DNA of 61,576 bases, taken from a virus (taxonomy: Duplodnaviria > Caudoviricetes). The position numbers and the translations under genes were made by a program. Positions 20,646 through 30,260 of this stretch are shown piece after piece. Location of the stretch: positions 1 through 61,576 of IMG/VR virus record IMGVR_UViG_3300025289_000029; one strand, 5' to 3'. Each line of letters begins with the position of its first letter. Positions within the stretch are counted from its first letter, which is position 1. The notes under the pieces were generated by a model. The model was not told where the DNA came from. It did not search any database and worked only from the letters and a program-made list of their open reading frames with translations.

Positions 20646-20737
20646 TGTCCTGCCTTACGCCAGTGCCTAATCAGCGCACGCTGATTTTTGAACACACGGA
20701 GACAAGCTCCGACCCAACAGCGAACTCCACTTTTCAT
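20642..20737 (-). CDS. 31-aa C2H2 zinc-finger microprotein (not in ORF track)
   Basis: MKSGVRCWVGACLRVFKNQRALIRHWRKAGH*; TGA overlaps the pol TTG start. Confidence 0.5.
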   Translation of the reverse strand: MKSGVRCWVGACLRVFKNQRALIRHWRKAGH

Positions 20738-20821
20738 CCGACAAACCAGAGAACGATGCCAGCTTGATAACAGGTCAGCGGCTTCTGCCGAAGGTGCATT
20801 GCGGCTAAATGGCCTTGTATT

Positions 20822-21301
20822 TTAAGGCAGCCGTGGAGTTTTAGATATAGGGAGAGGTTCACCATTGTAATTAAGCACCAAGAAGCGGTCGTCCAAATAC
20901 CATGCAAGTATATGCCTTACATCTGCCCAAGCCAAACCTCCATTGCCGCAGCCTGGACGTGGTAACACGACAACCTCAAACCCTTCTTTATCTACGACAT
21001 CGACAAGGAGTTGGAGACTCTTCTCAATCAAAGCGAGATCGGCTTTTTGATACCATTCGTGCTTGACCGGAAGCGTAATAATTGGAATGGTGTTGTCTAA
21101 GTGGCGGAAGACGGTGGGCACATTGCCAACGCTTTTAAGCATGTCCCCCAGTGCGTAGGGCAAAATGGGATACTTAACGCTCGCCTGCTTCGCTACACCG
21201 CGCCCCATAACAGCAGCGCCGTTCTTTTTGATAGTGCCGTTGGTTGTAATGACGCGGGCGTCGGCTTCAACTTCCCAAAGGTCTCCAACTACTTCACGCA
21301 T
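20822..21301 (-). CDS. Macrodomain (ADP-ribose binding/hydrolase) protein
   Basis: GDLW...ITTNG...AVMGRGVA...LPRPGCGNGGL.W. Confidence 0.85.
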   Translation of the reverse strand: MREVVGDLWEVEADARVITTNGTIKKNGAAVMGRGVAKQASVKYPILPYALGDMLKSVGNVPTVFRHLDNTIPIITLPVKHEWYQKADLALIEKSLQLLVDVVDKEGFEVVVLPRPGCGNGGLAWADVRHILAWYLDDRFLVLNYNGEPLPISKTPRLP

Positions 21302-21626
21302 TTTTAATCTTCCTTGTTAAGCAGGATTCTAATGTATCTGTTATCCTCTTTAAGCATTCGGCTCTGTGGGCGTTGACGGACATCCTGGCGCTTGCCGTAT
21401 AAAATCCACCAGCAACTACGTTATGGGAGCCTAATGGCCGTTTGAAGAACCGAATCAGTTTCACGGTAACGTGTGCGCGTTTAGCCAGCATGAGGTCTGT
21501 CAACCCTAGCGCGTCCTGAGCCTCTGAGATAGCATCAGCGATCTCATTCCGACCTACTATGTCTGGCTGTCCACCCCAATAAGAGTCCTTGCCGGTTTGA
21601 AGACGGCGGCTCTTAGCTTTTGGCAA
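21294..21626 (-). CDS. Hypothetical protein, possible HTH
   Basis: LGLTDLMLAKRAHVT; coupled within operon. Confidence 0.5.
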   Translation of the reverse strand: MPKAKSRRLQTGKDSYWGGQPDIVGRNEIADAISEAQDALGLTDLMLAKRAHVTVKLIRFFKRPLGSHNVVAGGFYTASARMSVNAHRAECLKRITDTLESCLTRKIKNA

Positions 21627-22155
21627 GTTCTAATCCCTCCCTGATACCTGCCAAAATCTGTTGTCGTATCGCCGGACGGCGGGCGCGGAGGAAGAACGCT
21701 GGGTGGTAGACACTGACAACGATGGTCTTATCCGGCAGGACTCTGAACGAGCCTATTTTGGCCTTGTTGGGGAAGAACCGGCTGGCGGCGAACAGCCCTA
21801 GACAGACTATCAGTTTGGGTTTGACTATCTCTAACTCCAAATCCAACCACCTCTTGCAGATGGCGATCTCATCGGGCAAGGGGTCGCGGTTCCCTTCAGG
21901 CCAGTGTTTCACGATGTTGGTGATGTAAGCGTCCTTACGCTTGATCCCAAGGTCTCGCAGGATGCTGTCAAGGACGTTACCAGCCCTACCTACAAACGGT
22001 CGCCCCAGTCGGTCTTCATTATATCCAGGAGCCTCTCCTAGAAACAGTATCTTCGCACCCAGAGACCCCTCACCAGGGACAACCTGCGTCGCCTTCTCAT
22101 GCAAACGGCAGTCCTTACAGATCGTAAGCTCAGGCGGGCAGGTTGACACAGACAT
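21613..22155 (-). CDS. udg: Uracil-DNA glycosylase family 4
   Basis: CKDCRL; GEAPG..ED..GRPFVGRAG; YITN.VK..P; YHPA. Confidence 0.92.
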   Translation of the reverse strand: MSVSTCPPELTICKDCRLHEKATQVVPGEGSLGAKILFLGEAPGYNEDRLGRPFVGRAGNVLDSILRDLGIKRKDAYITNIVKHWPEGNRDPLPDEIAICKRWLDLELEIVKPKLIVCLGLFAASRFFPNKAKIGSFRVLPDKTIVVSVYHPAFFLRARRPAIRQQILAGIREGLELAKS

Positions 22156-22204
22156 TCGACTTATCCTATACTCAGAGTATAGGCGAAACTTTCGCTCAAG
22201 TCAA
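22143..22204. promoter_or_regulatory. Overlapping oppositely oriented sigma70 promoters with palindromic operator GCGAAACTTTCGC
   Basis: + TTGACA-18-TATACT from 22143; - TTGACT-17-TATACT from 22204; operator at 22183-22195. Confidence 0.65.
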
Positions 22205-22211
22205 TAGGGGT

Positions 22212-22448
22212 ATGATACTGATAACAACGAAGCAGAAGAGGCGACGGCTGACTGACCTAGAACGAAGGGTCGTCGAGCTTGCTCTGTTGAGCGGCCTCTC
22301 GAACAGAGAGATTGCGGAGACAATGGATATATCTTACTCCGCTGTTGCCTGTTCACTACACCGTGCTCAGAGAGTAGTCAACGCTCGCTCATCCAGACAA
22401 GGTTACGCGCTTCTCACCAAACTGCTCAATGGCAAGTTTAGAAGTTGA
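22212..22448 (+). CDS. LuxR/sigma-region-4 type HTH regulator
   Basis: LTDLERRVVEL...GLSNREIAETMDIS...V...LHRA. Confidence 0.75.
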   Translation: MILITTKQKRRRLTDLERRVVELALLSGLSNREIAETMDISYSAVACSLHRAQRVVNARSSRQGYALLTKLLNGKFRS

Positions 22449-22623
22449 CAGTAAAAACGGTTGATGAGTGGTGTAATCTACAGTCTCGTGGGTGAGAACG
22501 GTGAGCTTCGTTATGTGGGACAAACTGCCAGATGCGTATGGCGCGTTTGGGTAAAACACACTCAGTCGAGACGCGCATGAAAATAGCGGCAAGCCGTCGT
22601 CGTTGGTGGGCGCTTAAACAGTA

Positions 22624-23313
22624 ATGTTGGAATTGGATGTACTGACTGCGGACACTCGTGACCCCAAACGAATAGCGGATGACATTGGTAAGCTAGGGGT
22701 CAAGGTCGTCCGAGAGAAGATGAACTCTGGGGACTACGGTTCGCTATCTAAACGAGGCAAGACTTGGTTGATGGAGCGGAAAGAGGCCAATGACTTCCTG
22801 AGCTGTCTTGCTGATGGCTCGCTGTATGATCAGATGCTTCGGCTGACTCAGGATGCAGATGTGGCCTTCTTGCTTCCAGAGGGGCGCTTGATACCAAGTG
22901 AAAGCGGGAAGATGGTTCGCACGCACAGAGGCAAGCGTCAGTGGAACTATATGGCCACCTACCACGCCTTCATCGAGTTAGCCTGCTTAGGTGCCATCAT
23001 CCTTCCCTTCGTCCCACCGCAGTTTACAGCCGCCGCCATTGTACAGGTTATGCGGACGATGAACGGTAATCTCAAGTACATTGTAGAGAAGAACCGAAGA
23101 CCGTTAACACTGACAAATAAGGTCAGCCCAGCGCGTCGGTTTATGGAACCGATGATAGGTAAGGTTGTGCTCGATAATCTATCCTCTGCTTACCCGAATC
23201 TGTGGATGATATTCCGTCGCTGTATGGAAGACCCTGATGAGGTTCAAACTATACCTCATGTTGGGCCTACGACGGTTAAGAGGATTCAGGACTTAATGGT
23301 CAGGAAGATATAG
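22624..23313 (+). CDS. ERCC4/XPF-family nuclease with C-terminal HhH
   Basis: DTRD, GDY, ERK..DF, EG, IPHVGP. Confidence 0.8.
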   Translation: MLELDVLTADTRDPKRIADDIGKLGVKVVREKMNSGDYGSLSKRGKTWLMERKEANDFLSCLADGSLYDQMLRLTQDADVAFLLPEGRLIPSESGKMVRTHRGKRQWNYMATYHAFIELACLGAIILPFVPPQFTAAAIVQVMRTMNGNLKYIVEKNRRPLTLTNKVSPARRFMEPMIGKVVLDNLSSAYPNLWMIFRRCMEDPDEVQTIPHVGPTTVKRIQDLMVRKI

Positions 23314-23672
23314 TGGCGTACATCGCCTGCGAAGACGAGTACGGACATACATGGATAGTGCAAGAAGGAGACCCCGCTTGGGCAGCCGCGAACTACGCCA
23401 AGACGAAGATGCTTCTGCCGCAGCCGACTCTGCCCTTGAAGCTGATTCTGACGGGCTGGCCGGATTTGGAGATACACACAGTCCGTCAGGAGATGCAGGA
23501 TTACATGGAGGTCAGGAAGACAGTACCGTCAGAGACTTTGGGGAGAGTGTGGGTGAACTTGAGCAGAAGATTCCGCGCCTGGAAGACGCAGCTAAGCGCG
23601 TGTGGGGGGCGGGAAATCTCGGAGCAAAGAACAATGTTCTCTACGGAACCCGACGGCCTCTCGTCAAACTAG
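23313..23672 (+). CDS. Hypothetical protein
   Basis: Coupled to ERCC4 stop. Confidence 0.45.
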   Translation: MAYIACEDEYGHTWIVQEGDPAWAAANYAKTKMLLPQPTLPLKLILTGWPDLEIHTVRQEMQDYMEVRKTVPSETLGRVWVNLSRRFRAWKTQLSACGGREISEQRTMFSTEPDGLSSN

Positions 23673-23813
23673 CCAGCTTACTTGCTGACGGACACTACTT
23701 TCTTGTTCACAAACGACTGAGAACCCCCCGATTGGATTACATCAGGAGGTCTCTGATCGCCTCGTTAAGAGTGAGTTATGGACTGGCGCGGGAGCTAGAG
23801 CGTCAGATCGACA

Positions 23814-24191
23814 TCACTCGGAAGGACTCGCATCGCTTCGACCGCGCCGACGACGTGGTTCGGCCACGGGCTCGGTCGTATCGGGCGGTGCGTCCGCCTC
23901 CGTCGTCTCTGCCGTTTCCGGAGCAGGTTCGTCAGGCTCAGGCTCGGCAGGCGGCTCGGCATCCCCCTCAGCCTCCGACTCCGTAGGCCCCTCTTCGGAC
24001 TCGTCTTCCGACTCGCTCTGAGCCTCTTCGTCCTGAGCCCCCGGAGCGGCTTCAGAGATACGCTCATGGACGCCCCAACACCTGCCATCTTCATCGGTGT
24101 GTGCTGGACAGATGTGATTGTTGCAGTCAGGGTCGGCGCAGACTGTCGATACGCCGACGTTGCAAAAGGTGCAGTCTACTGGCATCGTCAA
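23814..24191 (-). CDS. Cys/His zinc-binding protein with acidic tail
   Basis: CTFC..CADPDC..ICPAH..C; RBS aaggag. Confidence 0.6.
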   Translation of the reverse strand: MTMPVDCTFCNVGVSTVCADPDCNNHICPAHTDEDGRCWGVHERISEAAPGAQDEEAQSESEDESEEGPTESEAEGDAEPPAEPEPDEPAPETAETTEADAPPDTTEPVAEPRRRRGRSDASPSE

Positions 24192-24199
24192 CTCCTTAC

Positions 24200-24448
24200 T
24201 TAACTTAGAATTCCTACTGACTCCATACTTTCGATCTCAGTGGGTGTGTAGAAGTCTACGACTACGTTGCCGCAGCCGCCGCACTCGGATTCGATGCGAA
24301 CGTGGCCCTTCCAGAATTTAACATCGACTTCGTTCGGCTCATCCTGTTCAACAATCTTGCGGGGAGATGAAGCGACGCAGAATGAGCACCAGCGAGTGAG
24401 TAGTTTGTACACTCTCGGCTCTGTCTCAGTCTTGGTAGGCATCACCAT
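24200..24448 (-). CDS. Small zinc-ribbon protein
   Basis: CSFC...CGGC; RBS aggagg. Confidence 0.55.
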   Translation of the reverse strand: MVMPTKTETEPRVYKLLTRWCSFCVASSPRKIVEQDEPNEVDVKFWKGHVRIESECGGCGNVVVDFYTPTEIESMESVGILS

Positions 24449-24476
24449 ATCCTCCTGAAAGGACTGTAACAGGTAT

Positions 24477-25415
24477 CTATAGTGATGTCAATAGATTCTG
24501 CAACGCCGTCTTCGCATTTGCAATTTTCGTCTGGAGATGTTGGATAAGGGTGTCTCTCTCCACAATCTTTGTCTGTAGCAACTGAACCTGCTGTTGGGCT
24601 TCGGCAAGTTCAGCTTTGACACTGGCACAGGGATCAACAGGTATTGGAGCTGGCGGTGCAGGCGCAACGGTGGCAGACACAGCGAAGCCGTTAGGTATCT
24701 TGTTGTCGAAAGACCAAGCTGTCAGATAGTGAGTGCCTTTCCAGAGACCCTTGACCTGTAAAACCGTTCCCTTCACTAACGGTTTTACAACTATACCTTC
24801 TGGTAGTTTGACGAGGTTGGTATCTGTGTACAGGGTGACGTTGAGACTCACCTGTTGCACATCAGGCCATATCCCTGTAGGTGCTGGAGCAGGAGCAGGC
24901 GCGGGAACTCTGGTGCCAGCTTCTATCTCTGCCCACGGGATTCGACCACTGGGACAAGATGTCGCCATGAACTGATTATGCTCGAATCCGGTCTGGTTCC
25001 GAATCACCGCGACCCAACCTCTGAAGCGGGCAATCTCAGACTGAACCTGTATCGTCGCCGCCTTCTGCGCTGGCGTTAACGCTTCACCAGCCAACCCTTC
25101 GTGTTCGATACCGATGTAGCGATAGTTGGCCTTCGTTCCAGCGTGCCAGCATATACCCTCAAGGGGAAAGTGTTGCTGCTTCCGACCATCCTTGAAGATG
25201 GTGATATGCCATGAGTTACCCCTGGCTGTCATCACTGCGATAGGCAAGTTAGTGGTAGAGAAGTTACCCTCAGCCGAGTGGTTGACAATAGCCAACATCT
25301 CGTTGCTATAGGGTTGGTCGCCATGAGGCACACCCCAGCTCGCGGGGTAGCCAAGTCTGGTAAGAGGGTTTGGGAAGGGAACTTTGACACAACTACTGAG
25401 CCATGTCTCAGCCAT
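24477..25415 (-). CDS. Endolysin, N-acetylmuramoyl-L-alanine amidase (Amidase_2)
   Basis: IVNHSAEG, SWH, CWHAG..N...IGIEHEG, H...TSCP; PAPA linkers. Confidence 0.85.
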   Translation of the reverse strand: MAETWLSSCVKVPFPNPLTRLGYPASWGVPHGDQPYSNEMLAIVNHSAEGNFSTTNLPIAVMTARGNSWHITIFKDGRKQQHFPLEGICWHAGTKANYRYIGIEHEGLAGEALTPAQKAATIQVQSEIARFRGWVAVIRNQTGFEHNQFMATSCPSGRIPWAEIEAGTRVPAPAPAPAPTGIWPDVQQVSLNVTLYTDTNLVKLPEGIVVKPLVKGTVLQVKGLWKGTHYLTAWSFDNKIPNGFAVSATVAPAPPAPIPVDPCASVKAELAEAQQQVQLLQTKIVERDTLIQHLQTKIANAKTALQNLLTSL

Positions 25416-25581
25416 GACTGCCCCCCTCACAAGGGCTACAGATACGGCTATCAGGCCCGCCTGCGGTACAGGTTGGACAGTACGACTCACCACATTTGGC
25501 GCAGCCGACAAATTGACTGGGACGGATACGTTTGTTGCAGCCTTTGCACCGCACACCGAAGACTGAATCTATGAGACCCAA
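25408..25581 (-). CDS. 57-aa 8-Cys zinc-finger protein (not in ORF track)
   Basis: CKGC...CAKC...CPTC...CSPC; RBS ggaggg; overlaps the amidase start. Confidence 0.65.
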   Translation of the reverse strand: MGLIDSVFGVRCKGCNKRIRPSQFVGCAKCGESYCPTCTAGGPDSRICSPCEGGSHG

Positions 25582-25717
25582 TTACTCCCTCCTTTTCTCC
25601 TTAACAAGAGGGTGCGGAGCCGACTGCGCTTAAAAACAGGACAGGCTACGAAACCCCGTTGCTAATTGTCTGCTCCGCACGCTGTTATTATACCACCTGT
25701 CAAACCAGTTGTCGAAG

Positions 25718-26188
25718 TCAATAGCAGTTCCAGTGGTGGAATGACCTCTTTAACACGTTGCTGCCGTCCAGCCAAATCGCATAGGCCATTGCGATGTTTC
25801 TCTCTGGCAGCATCCACTCACTCTCGAAGACGAACCCCCGCTTGTTCAGCCACCATTCCCACGTGACTCTGTTGATCTGGGTGATTCCGTAGTCTCCGGT
25901 GTATGAGATGGCGTATGGGTCAACCGAAGGATTCTCGCAGCCTAGAAAGACTCGGACGGCGGTGTCGCTGTCCCAGTCGTAGGAGCGGATGAGTGTTTCA
26001 ACCGTCGTCGGTGTAGCCAGTGGCGTAGGTGTCTCATCTAGACTTTCTTCCCGCAAGAACAGTGGGTCGCGTTCCACGGTACGCCATATCCACATCTCGG
26101 ACAGAACTGGCAGATGTGAATCTCTTTCGGTTTGTTCTTCACGCTGCCTCGCGTCCGCTCCTACCCCTAACCCAACCGCCACACACAA
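25718..26188 (-). CDS. Lytic transglycosylase (SLT-like) with N-terminal hydrophobic segment
   Basis: CEN....P.A....DYGITQIN...NIAMAYAIW...W.CY. Confidence 0.7.
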   Translation of the reverse strand: MCVAVGLGVGADARQREEQTERDSHLPVLSEMWIWRTVERDPLFLREESLDETPTPLATPTTVETLIRSYDWDSDTAVRVFLGCENPSVDPYAISYTGDYGITQINRVTWEWWLNKRGFVFESEWMLPERNIAMAYAIWLDGSNVLKRSFHHWNCY

Positions 26189-26214
26189 CGACAGTAGGAG
26201 CGGTACTATCCATC

Positions 26215-26592
26215 TTATGCTGGTATCCTACCGCTAAGCTGTTCGATAGGACGAGGCAGGAAGAACGTCACCGTTTCGTCTTGTACACGCACGGCCAGTG
26301 TGGTAACAAGCTCACCACCGAGCCTCCAGCGCAGAGACGTGCCGTTCTCTGCCGCCTCCACGACCGCAGCGCGGATCGCCTCGCGGTCGTCCCTGGACAT
26401 ATCAGCCCAGACGTGTGCTGCCATCTCCGGCCCGATACTGGCCCAGAGCTGGCACTCGCAGAGCGTCATGTCGTCGAAGTGGCCCGACTTCTTGACCTCC
26501 GCGTAGTGTGGGTGTTCCTTTAGCCAACTCAGGTCTTCACAGACCTTGTTGAGCCGATAAAGGATTCGCGTCGTACTACTTCCAGCAGGCAT
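26215..26592 (-). CDS. Hypothetical protein
   Basis: RBS aggagg; within operon. Confidence 0.5.
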   Translation of the reverse strand: MPAGSSTTRILYRLNKVCEDLSWLKEHPHYAEVKKSGHFDDMTLCECQLWASIGPEMAAHVWADMSRDDREAIRAAVVEAAENGTSLRWRLGGELVTTLAVRVQDETVTFFLPRPIEQLSGRIPA

Positions 26593-26593
26593 T

Positions 26594-27073
26594 TCAGCCT
26601 CCTTTCTTGCTGTCAATAATAACATCTTTTTGCAACGTTCTCAAGTACTCCTCGAACGTCCTATGTCGCTCAAGGTGTTCTCCAAGCTGAAACCCTAACT
26701 CGTGTGCAAGAGTGATAAGGTGCTTGGTCACAAAGCCACGGAGAGTCCTCTCGAACTTTCTGGCACAGCTAGGGCAGACAGACTCCAAGCTGAACAGGCC
26801 ACGCTCCTTATCCCAGCGGACTTTAAGATTGGCAACACCTTCAACGGTGATACTGTGGGTAGAAGGACGTTCGACAGCGCGAATTTCTTCTTCCTCTTCC
26901 ATCTCCACATCTTTCACGAGAAGTCGATCAGGAATTATAACCTCCAACGTTATACAAGATGATAAAGCCGATACATCATAAGTGGCCTCGCAATGTTGTA
27001 TGAGCCCTTCGTCAATCGCCGTTTTGACTATCGTCGCTATGTGATTGTAGGCGGTGTAGTTGTGTTCTAGCAT
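26594..27073 (-). CDS. Hypothetical protein
   Basis: Coupled ORF with CPSC motif. Confidence 0.5.
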   Translation of the reverse strand: MLEHNYTAYNHIATIVKTAIDEGLIQHCEATYDVSALSSCITLEVIIPDRLLVKDVEMEEEEEIRAVERPSTHSITVEGVANLKVRWDKERGLFSLESVCPSCARKFERTLRGFVTKHLITLAHELGFQLGEHLERHRTFEEYLRTLQKDVIIDSKKGG

Positions 27074-27549
27074 TTGCTATACCCGCAAGCGTGACACTTG
27101 AGACAGCCTTCTTCAAAGACTAAAGGAGCACCGCAGCCCTCTTCGGGGCAGATGTCCCCGCTGACGCTTGCTACGGGGGCGCTGAGACAGGTTCTGACGA
27201 GAAACCTGAACACGTAATCAACTATCGACTGTGCGTAAGGGATGTCATCGTTCATCGTCCTACCGAGGGGCTCGAAGCGTTGACCTATCATCTTTCTGGC
27301 AATGTCTTCGAGCGGAACACCATATTGCAATAGCATACTGGTCTGAATTCCGATTGCATCCAGCAAGCCGGAGATAGTCGAGCCTTGCTTGTTGGCGACG
27401 ATGAAGACCTCGCCAGGTTGGTCATCATCATAGAAGCCAATTGTGACATAGCCCTCAAACTCTGGTAGGTCAATTTTATGGGTAAGCGACCGACGTGTTC
27501 TTGGTAATTTCTTACGACCATTTCGCACATGGTCTTCTACGTTACCCAT
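27067..27549 (-). CDS. nrdJb: Class II RNR C-terminal subunit (TSCPD/NrdJb-like)
   Basis: RKKLP..R..THK; GEVFI...KQGST; LQYGVPLE; RFEP.G; SIVDY; C-terminal EGCLKC..CGYSKC. Confidence 0.85.
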   Translation of the reverse strand: MGNVEDHVRNGRKKLPRTRRSLTHKIDLPEFEGYVTIGFYDDDQPGEVFIVANKQGSTISGLLDAIGIQTSMLLQYGVPLEDIARKMIGQRFEPLGRTMNDDIPYAQSIVDYVFRFLVRTCLSAPVASVSGDICPEEGCGAPLVFEEGCLKCHACGYSKC

Positions 27550-27739
27550 TGTGTGTCTCTTTTAGGTAACTCAGAACCTCATGCAACGTTTTGAAATCTT
27601 TGCAGTTGGGGCTACATCCGAAGTCATCACACATACCTGTGGTCAAGTGAATGTCAGGGTGGTCGTCATCCCAGTGAACAAACAGAACGTAGTCTTCCAT
27701 TCGCATAAGCCTGTCGAGTTCAGCTAGATCGTTATCCAT
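27542..27739 (-). CDS. Hypothetical protein between the RNR parts
   Basis: Overlaps both neighbours. Confidence 0.5.
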   Translation of the reverse strand: MDNDLAELDRLMRMEDYVLFVHWDDDHPDIHLTTGMCDDFGCSPNCKDFKTLHEVLSYLKETHNG

Positions 27740-29297
27740 TCAACACCTGTACGCTTCTGCTCTTATCACGATAAACGGTGACACCTTTGCAGCCTAACTT
27801 CCACGCCTGCGCATAGGCTTCACGTATTGTCTGCCAAGTAGCACTCTGAGGGAGATTAATCGTCTTGCTGACAGCAAGATCGGTGCAATCTTGGAACGCC
27901 GCTTGATGCGCTAGATGCCATCCCCAGTCGATGTCTAAAGCAGTCTTCGGTGTGAAGTCAGACCCTGCTGCACGGAGTTTGGCAATGATAGGCTCCTCAA
28001 CATTGATAGGTGTTCGCTCATAACCCTCAGAGCCCATGTAGCGTGTGTAGCTCAACATGAAGTGTGGCTCAATACCTGAACTCGCACCTGCGATGATTGC
28101 GATGCTGCCTGTCGGTGCGATACAGGTGACGGTAGCGTTACGGCGTATGCCTCCTGTTATATCAGGTGACTCGAACGCAGGGAACGCACCTCTTTCCTCA
28201 GCAATTTTCTCACTCGTCTCGTGTGCTTTCTCTTGAATGGCAGACATGATTTCTCGACCAAGATCAACTGCCTCTTGGCAGTCATAGGGAATACTCAGAA
28301 GAGCCAGCGCATCGGCCCAGCCCATGACGCCTAAGCCTATCTTTCTCGTCCGACGGACGGCTTCGGTTATCAATTGGTCTGGGAAGCGGTTGACTTCGAC
28401 AACATCTTCGAGCATTCGTGTCATCGTGGAGACTATTCGGCAGAGCCTGTCCCAATCAAAACCATATGGAACATATGGAGGTGTTACGAAGTTACCTAGG
28501 TTCACGCTTCCCAGATTACATGCTTCTCCATGCAGAAGTGGAACTTCGCCGCACGGATTTGTCGCTTCGAGCTTCCCTAGCTTTGGGGTTGGATTATCAC
28601 GCTCTGCGCGGTCGATAAAATAGCAACCAGGATCGCCACTCTTCCAGGCTGATTGGGCCATCTCATCCAACAAAGGATTGCTATCAGCCGCGCGCATAAA
28701 CTCGTCGGTCAGCGCAACAGAGATGTTAAACGTGTTCAGCTTCTCTGGGTGGTCGTCTTTACAGTGGATGAACTTGTAGATATCAGGATGGTCACAGTGT
28801 AGAACCGCCATCTGAGCGCCATGACGCTTGCCGCCTTGAGTGATAACATCCGCTACGGACTGATACAACGCCATGAAGCCAACAGGCCCACTTGATTTTC
28901 CGCCGGTCGAATGAACTAGAGAGCCCTCTGGCCGCAGATGTGATAGTCCATAACCGACACCACCTCCCCACTGTTGAACCTTGGCAGCTAGGCGAGCTAC
29001 CTCCATGATGCTGTCCAACGTGTCCTGAACATGAAAAGTGAAACAGGCACTTAACATCCCAACGTCGGTGCCCGCGTTGAACAGCGTTGGACTATTAGGT
29101 AGACCATCAAGGTCAACCAGCATATCGAAGAACTTGTCGGCCCACTCCTGCTGTTTTTCAGGAGGTTCCGCTTTAGCCACATGCTCCGCGACCCGTCGGA
29201 ACATTTCTCCGGCGGTTTCCTGTCTGCCGTTTCTCTCTAACAGATAGCGTTTCTTGAGGACGACCTTAGCCGGTTCCGTCAGGTTCGGCTCCCGCAT
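27732..29297 (-). CDS. nrdJ: Adenosylcobalamin-dependent (class II) ribonucleotide reductase catalytic subunit
   Basis: PNSPTLFNAG, LSACF, TNPCGE, CNLGS.NL, IAPTG, SSGIEP, KGVTVYRD. Confidence 0.93.
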   Translation of the reverse strand: MREPNLTEPAKVVLKKRYLLERNGRQETAGEMFRRVAEHVAKAEPPEKQQEWADKFFDMLVDLDGLPNSPTLFNAGTDVGMLSACFTFHVQDTLDSIMEVARLAAKVQQWGGGVGYGLSHLRPEGSLVHSTGGKSSGPVGFMALYQSVADVITQGGKRHGAQMAVLHCDHPDIYKFIHCKDDHPEKLNTFNISVALTDEFMRAADSNPLLDEMAQSAWKSGDPGCYFIDRAERDNPTPKLGKLEATNPCGEVPLLHGEACNLGSVNLGNFVTPPYVPYGFDWDRLCRIVSTMTRMLEDVVEVNRFPDQLITEAVRRTRKIGLGVMGWADALALLSIPYDCQEAVDLGREIMSAIQEKAHETSEKIAEERGAFPAFESPDITGGIRRNATVTCIAPTGSIAIIAGASSGIEPHFMLSYTRYMGSEGYERTPINVEEPIIAKLRAAGSDFTPKTALDIDWGWHLAHQAAFQDCTDLAVSKTINLPQSATWQTIREAYAQAWKLGCKGVTVYRDKSRSVQVLNG

Positions 29298-30102
29298 CTT
29301 CCTTCTCCCCTTTCAGCGCGTTCTCCAGTGTGGCAAGAAACGGTCGGTTCGTCCAGCGGACTTCCGAAGGCCGCACGCCCGTCCCTGTGCGGTTTTTGGC
29401 TATCGAGAACAAGTAGATACCGCCGTTCATACCCAGACAAACGGCGAGATCGAAACGTTTGACATCGGACTTCTCCCCTTCAGGGGCTATGCCTATGTCA
29501 CCGAAGATTCCCTTGATGAATGGGTTTACGTTGAATTTCTCACCTTGGCTGTCAAGGGCCACGATTTTCTTTGCAGAACAAGTTGCAACAACGTCCCAAG
29601 GACAAGCGGTTGTAAGAGGAACCAGTACGTTGTTCTTCCAGAGCTTGCGGATGCTAGGCCAGTCTCTAGCGTTGTCATAGCTCACAGGGGCCTGCAAGCG
29701 GGTCTGTGCGACGGCGCTGGCACGCAGAGACTGCAAGTGCTCGCCAGAGGACTTACCGAACACGGCTTCGGTAAAGGTGTCCTGCGCCAACTCCCAGCCG
29801 CGTTCGAGACCTTCGATGATGAGCACACCGCCCTTTGCCAGAACCTGTTGAGCTTTGGTGACAGCCGTCATCAACCCCTCATAATCGGCAATCTTGTACC
29901 AGTTCTGAGGGAGACCCTTGTCGTTGGTCAGCTTGGCTTTCACATCAGGAAACTTATCGATCTCGTAGTCCATAGAATCGTCGAGGTCGATAACGAAAAC
30001 TGGTAGGTCAGGCTCTTTCAGAAGTCTCTCACTGGCGAACGACAACGCTGCGTGGGTTTTCCCACAGCCTGAGTCGGCTGCAATCATAATACGTGTACGC
30101 AT
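29266..30102 (-). CDS. P-loop ATPase (AAA_24/Sak4-like)
   Basis: ADSGCGKT, VIDLD; adjacent to PD-(D/E)XK nuclease. Confidence 0.65.
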   Translation of the reverse strand: MRTRIMIAADSGCGKTHAALSFASERLLKEPDLPVFVIDLDDSMDYEIDKFPDVKAKLTNDKGLPQNWYKIADYEGLMTAVTKAQQVLAKGGVLIIEGLERGWELAQDTFTEAVFGKSSGEHLQSLRASAVAQTRLQAPVSYDNARDWPSIRKLWKNNVLVPLTTACPWDVVATCSAKKIVALDSQGEKFNVNPFIKGIFGDIGIAPEGEKSDVKRFDLAVCLGMNGGIYLFSIAKNRTGTGVRPSEVRWTNRPFLATLENALKGEKEDAGAEPDGTG

Positions 30103-30260
30103 GATTTATCTCCTCTTCGATAAACACACAGTAGGAGCGACAGAGGGGGGTTTGGTGCCGTCTCCAGAGCTTTCCCGTCGGGAGGCTGTCTACTTCACCT
30201 GCTACCAAGGCTACTAGCAGACTATTCAGTTGTAAGGACTCTATCGCTCCTGCTCTGTAT

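Noticed and set aside
23351-23986. 211-aa + strand ORF
   Set aside because: Overlaps two better-supported ORFs; Arg/Pro-rich shadow composition, although a short real part near 23670-23820 cannot be excluded
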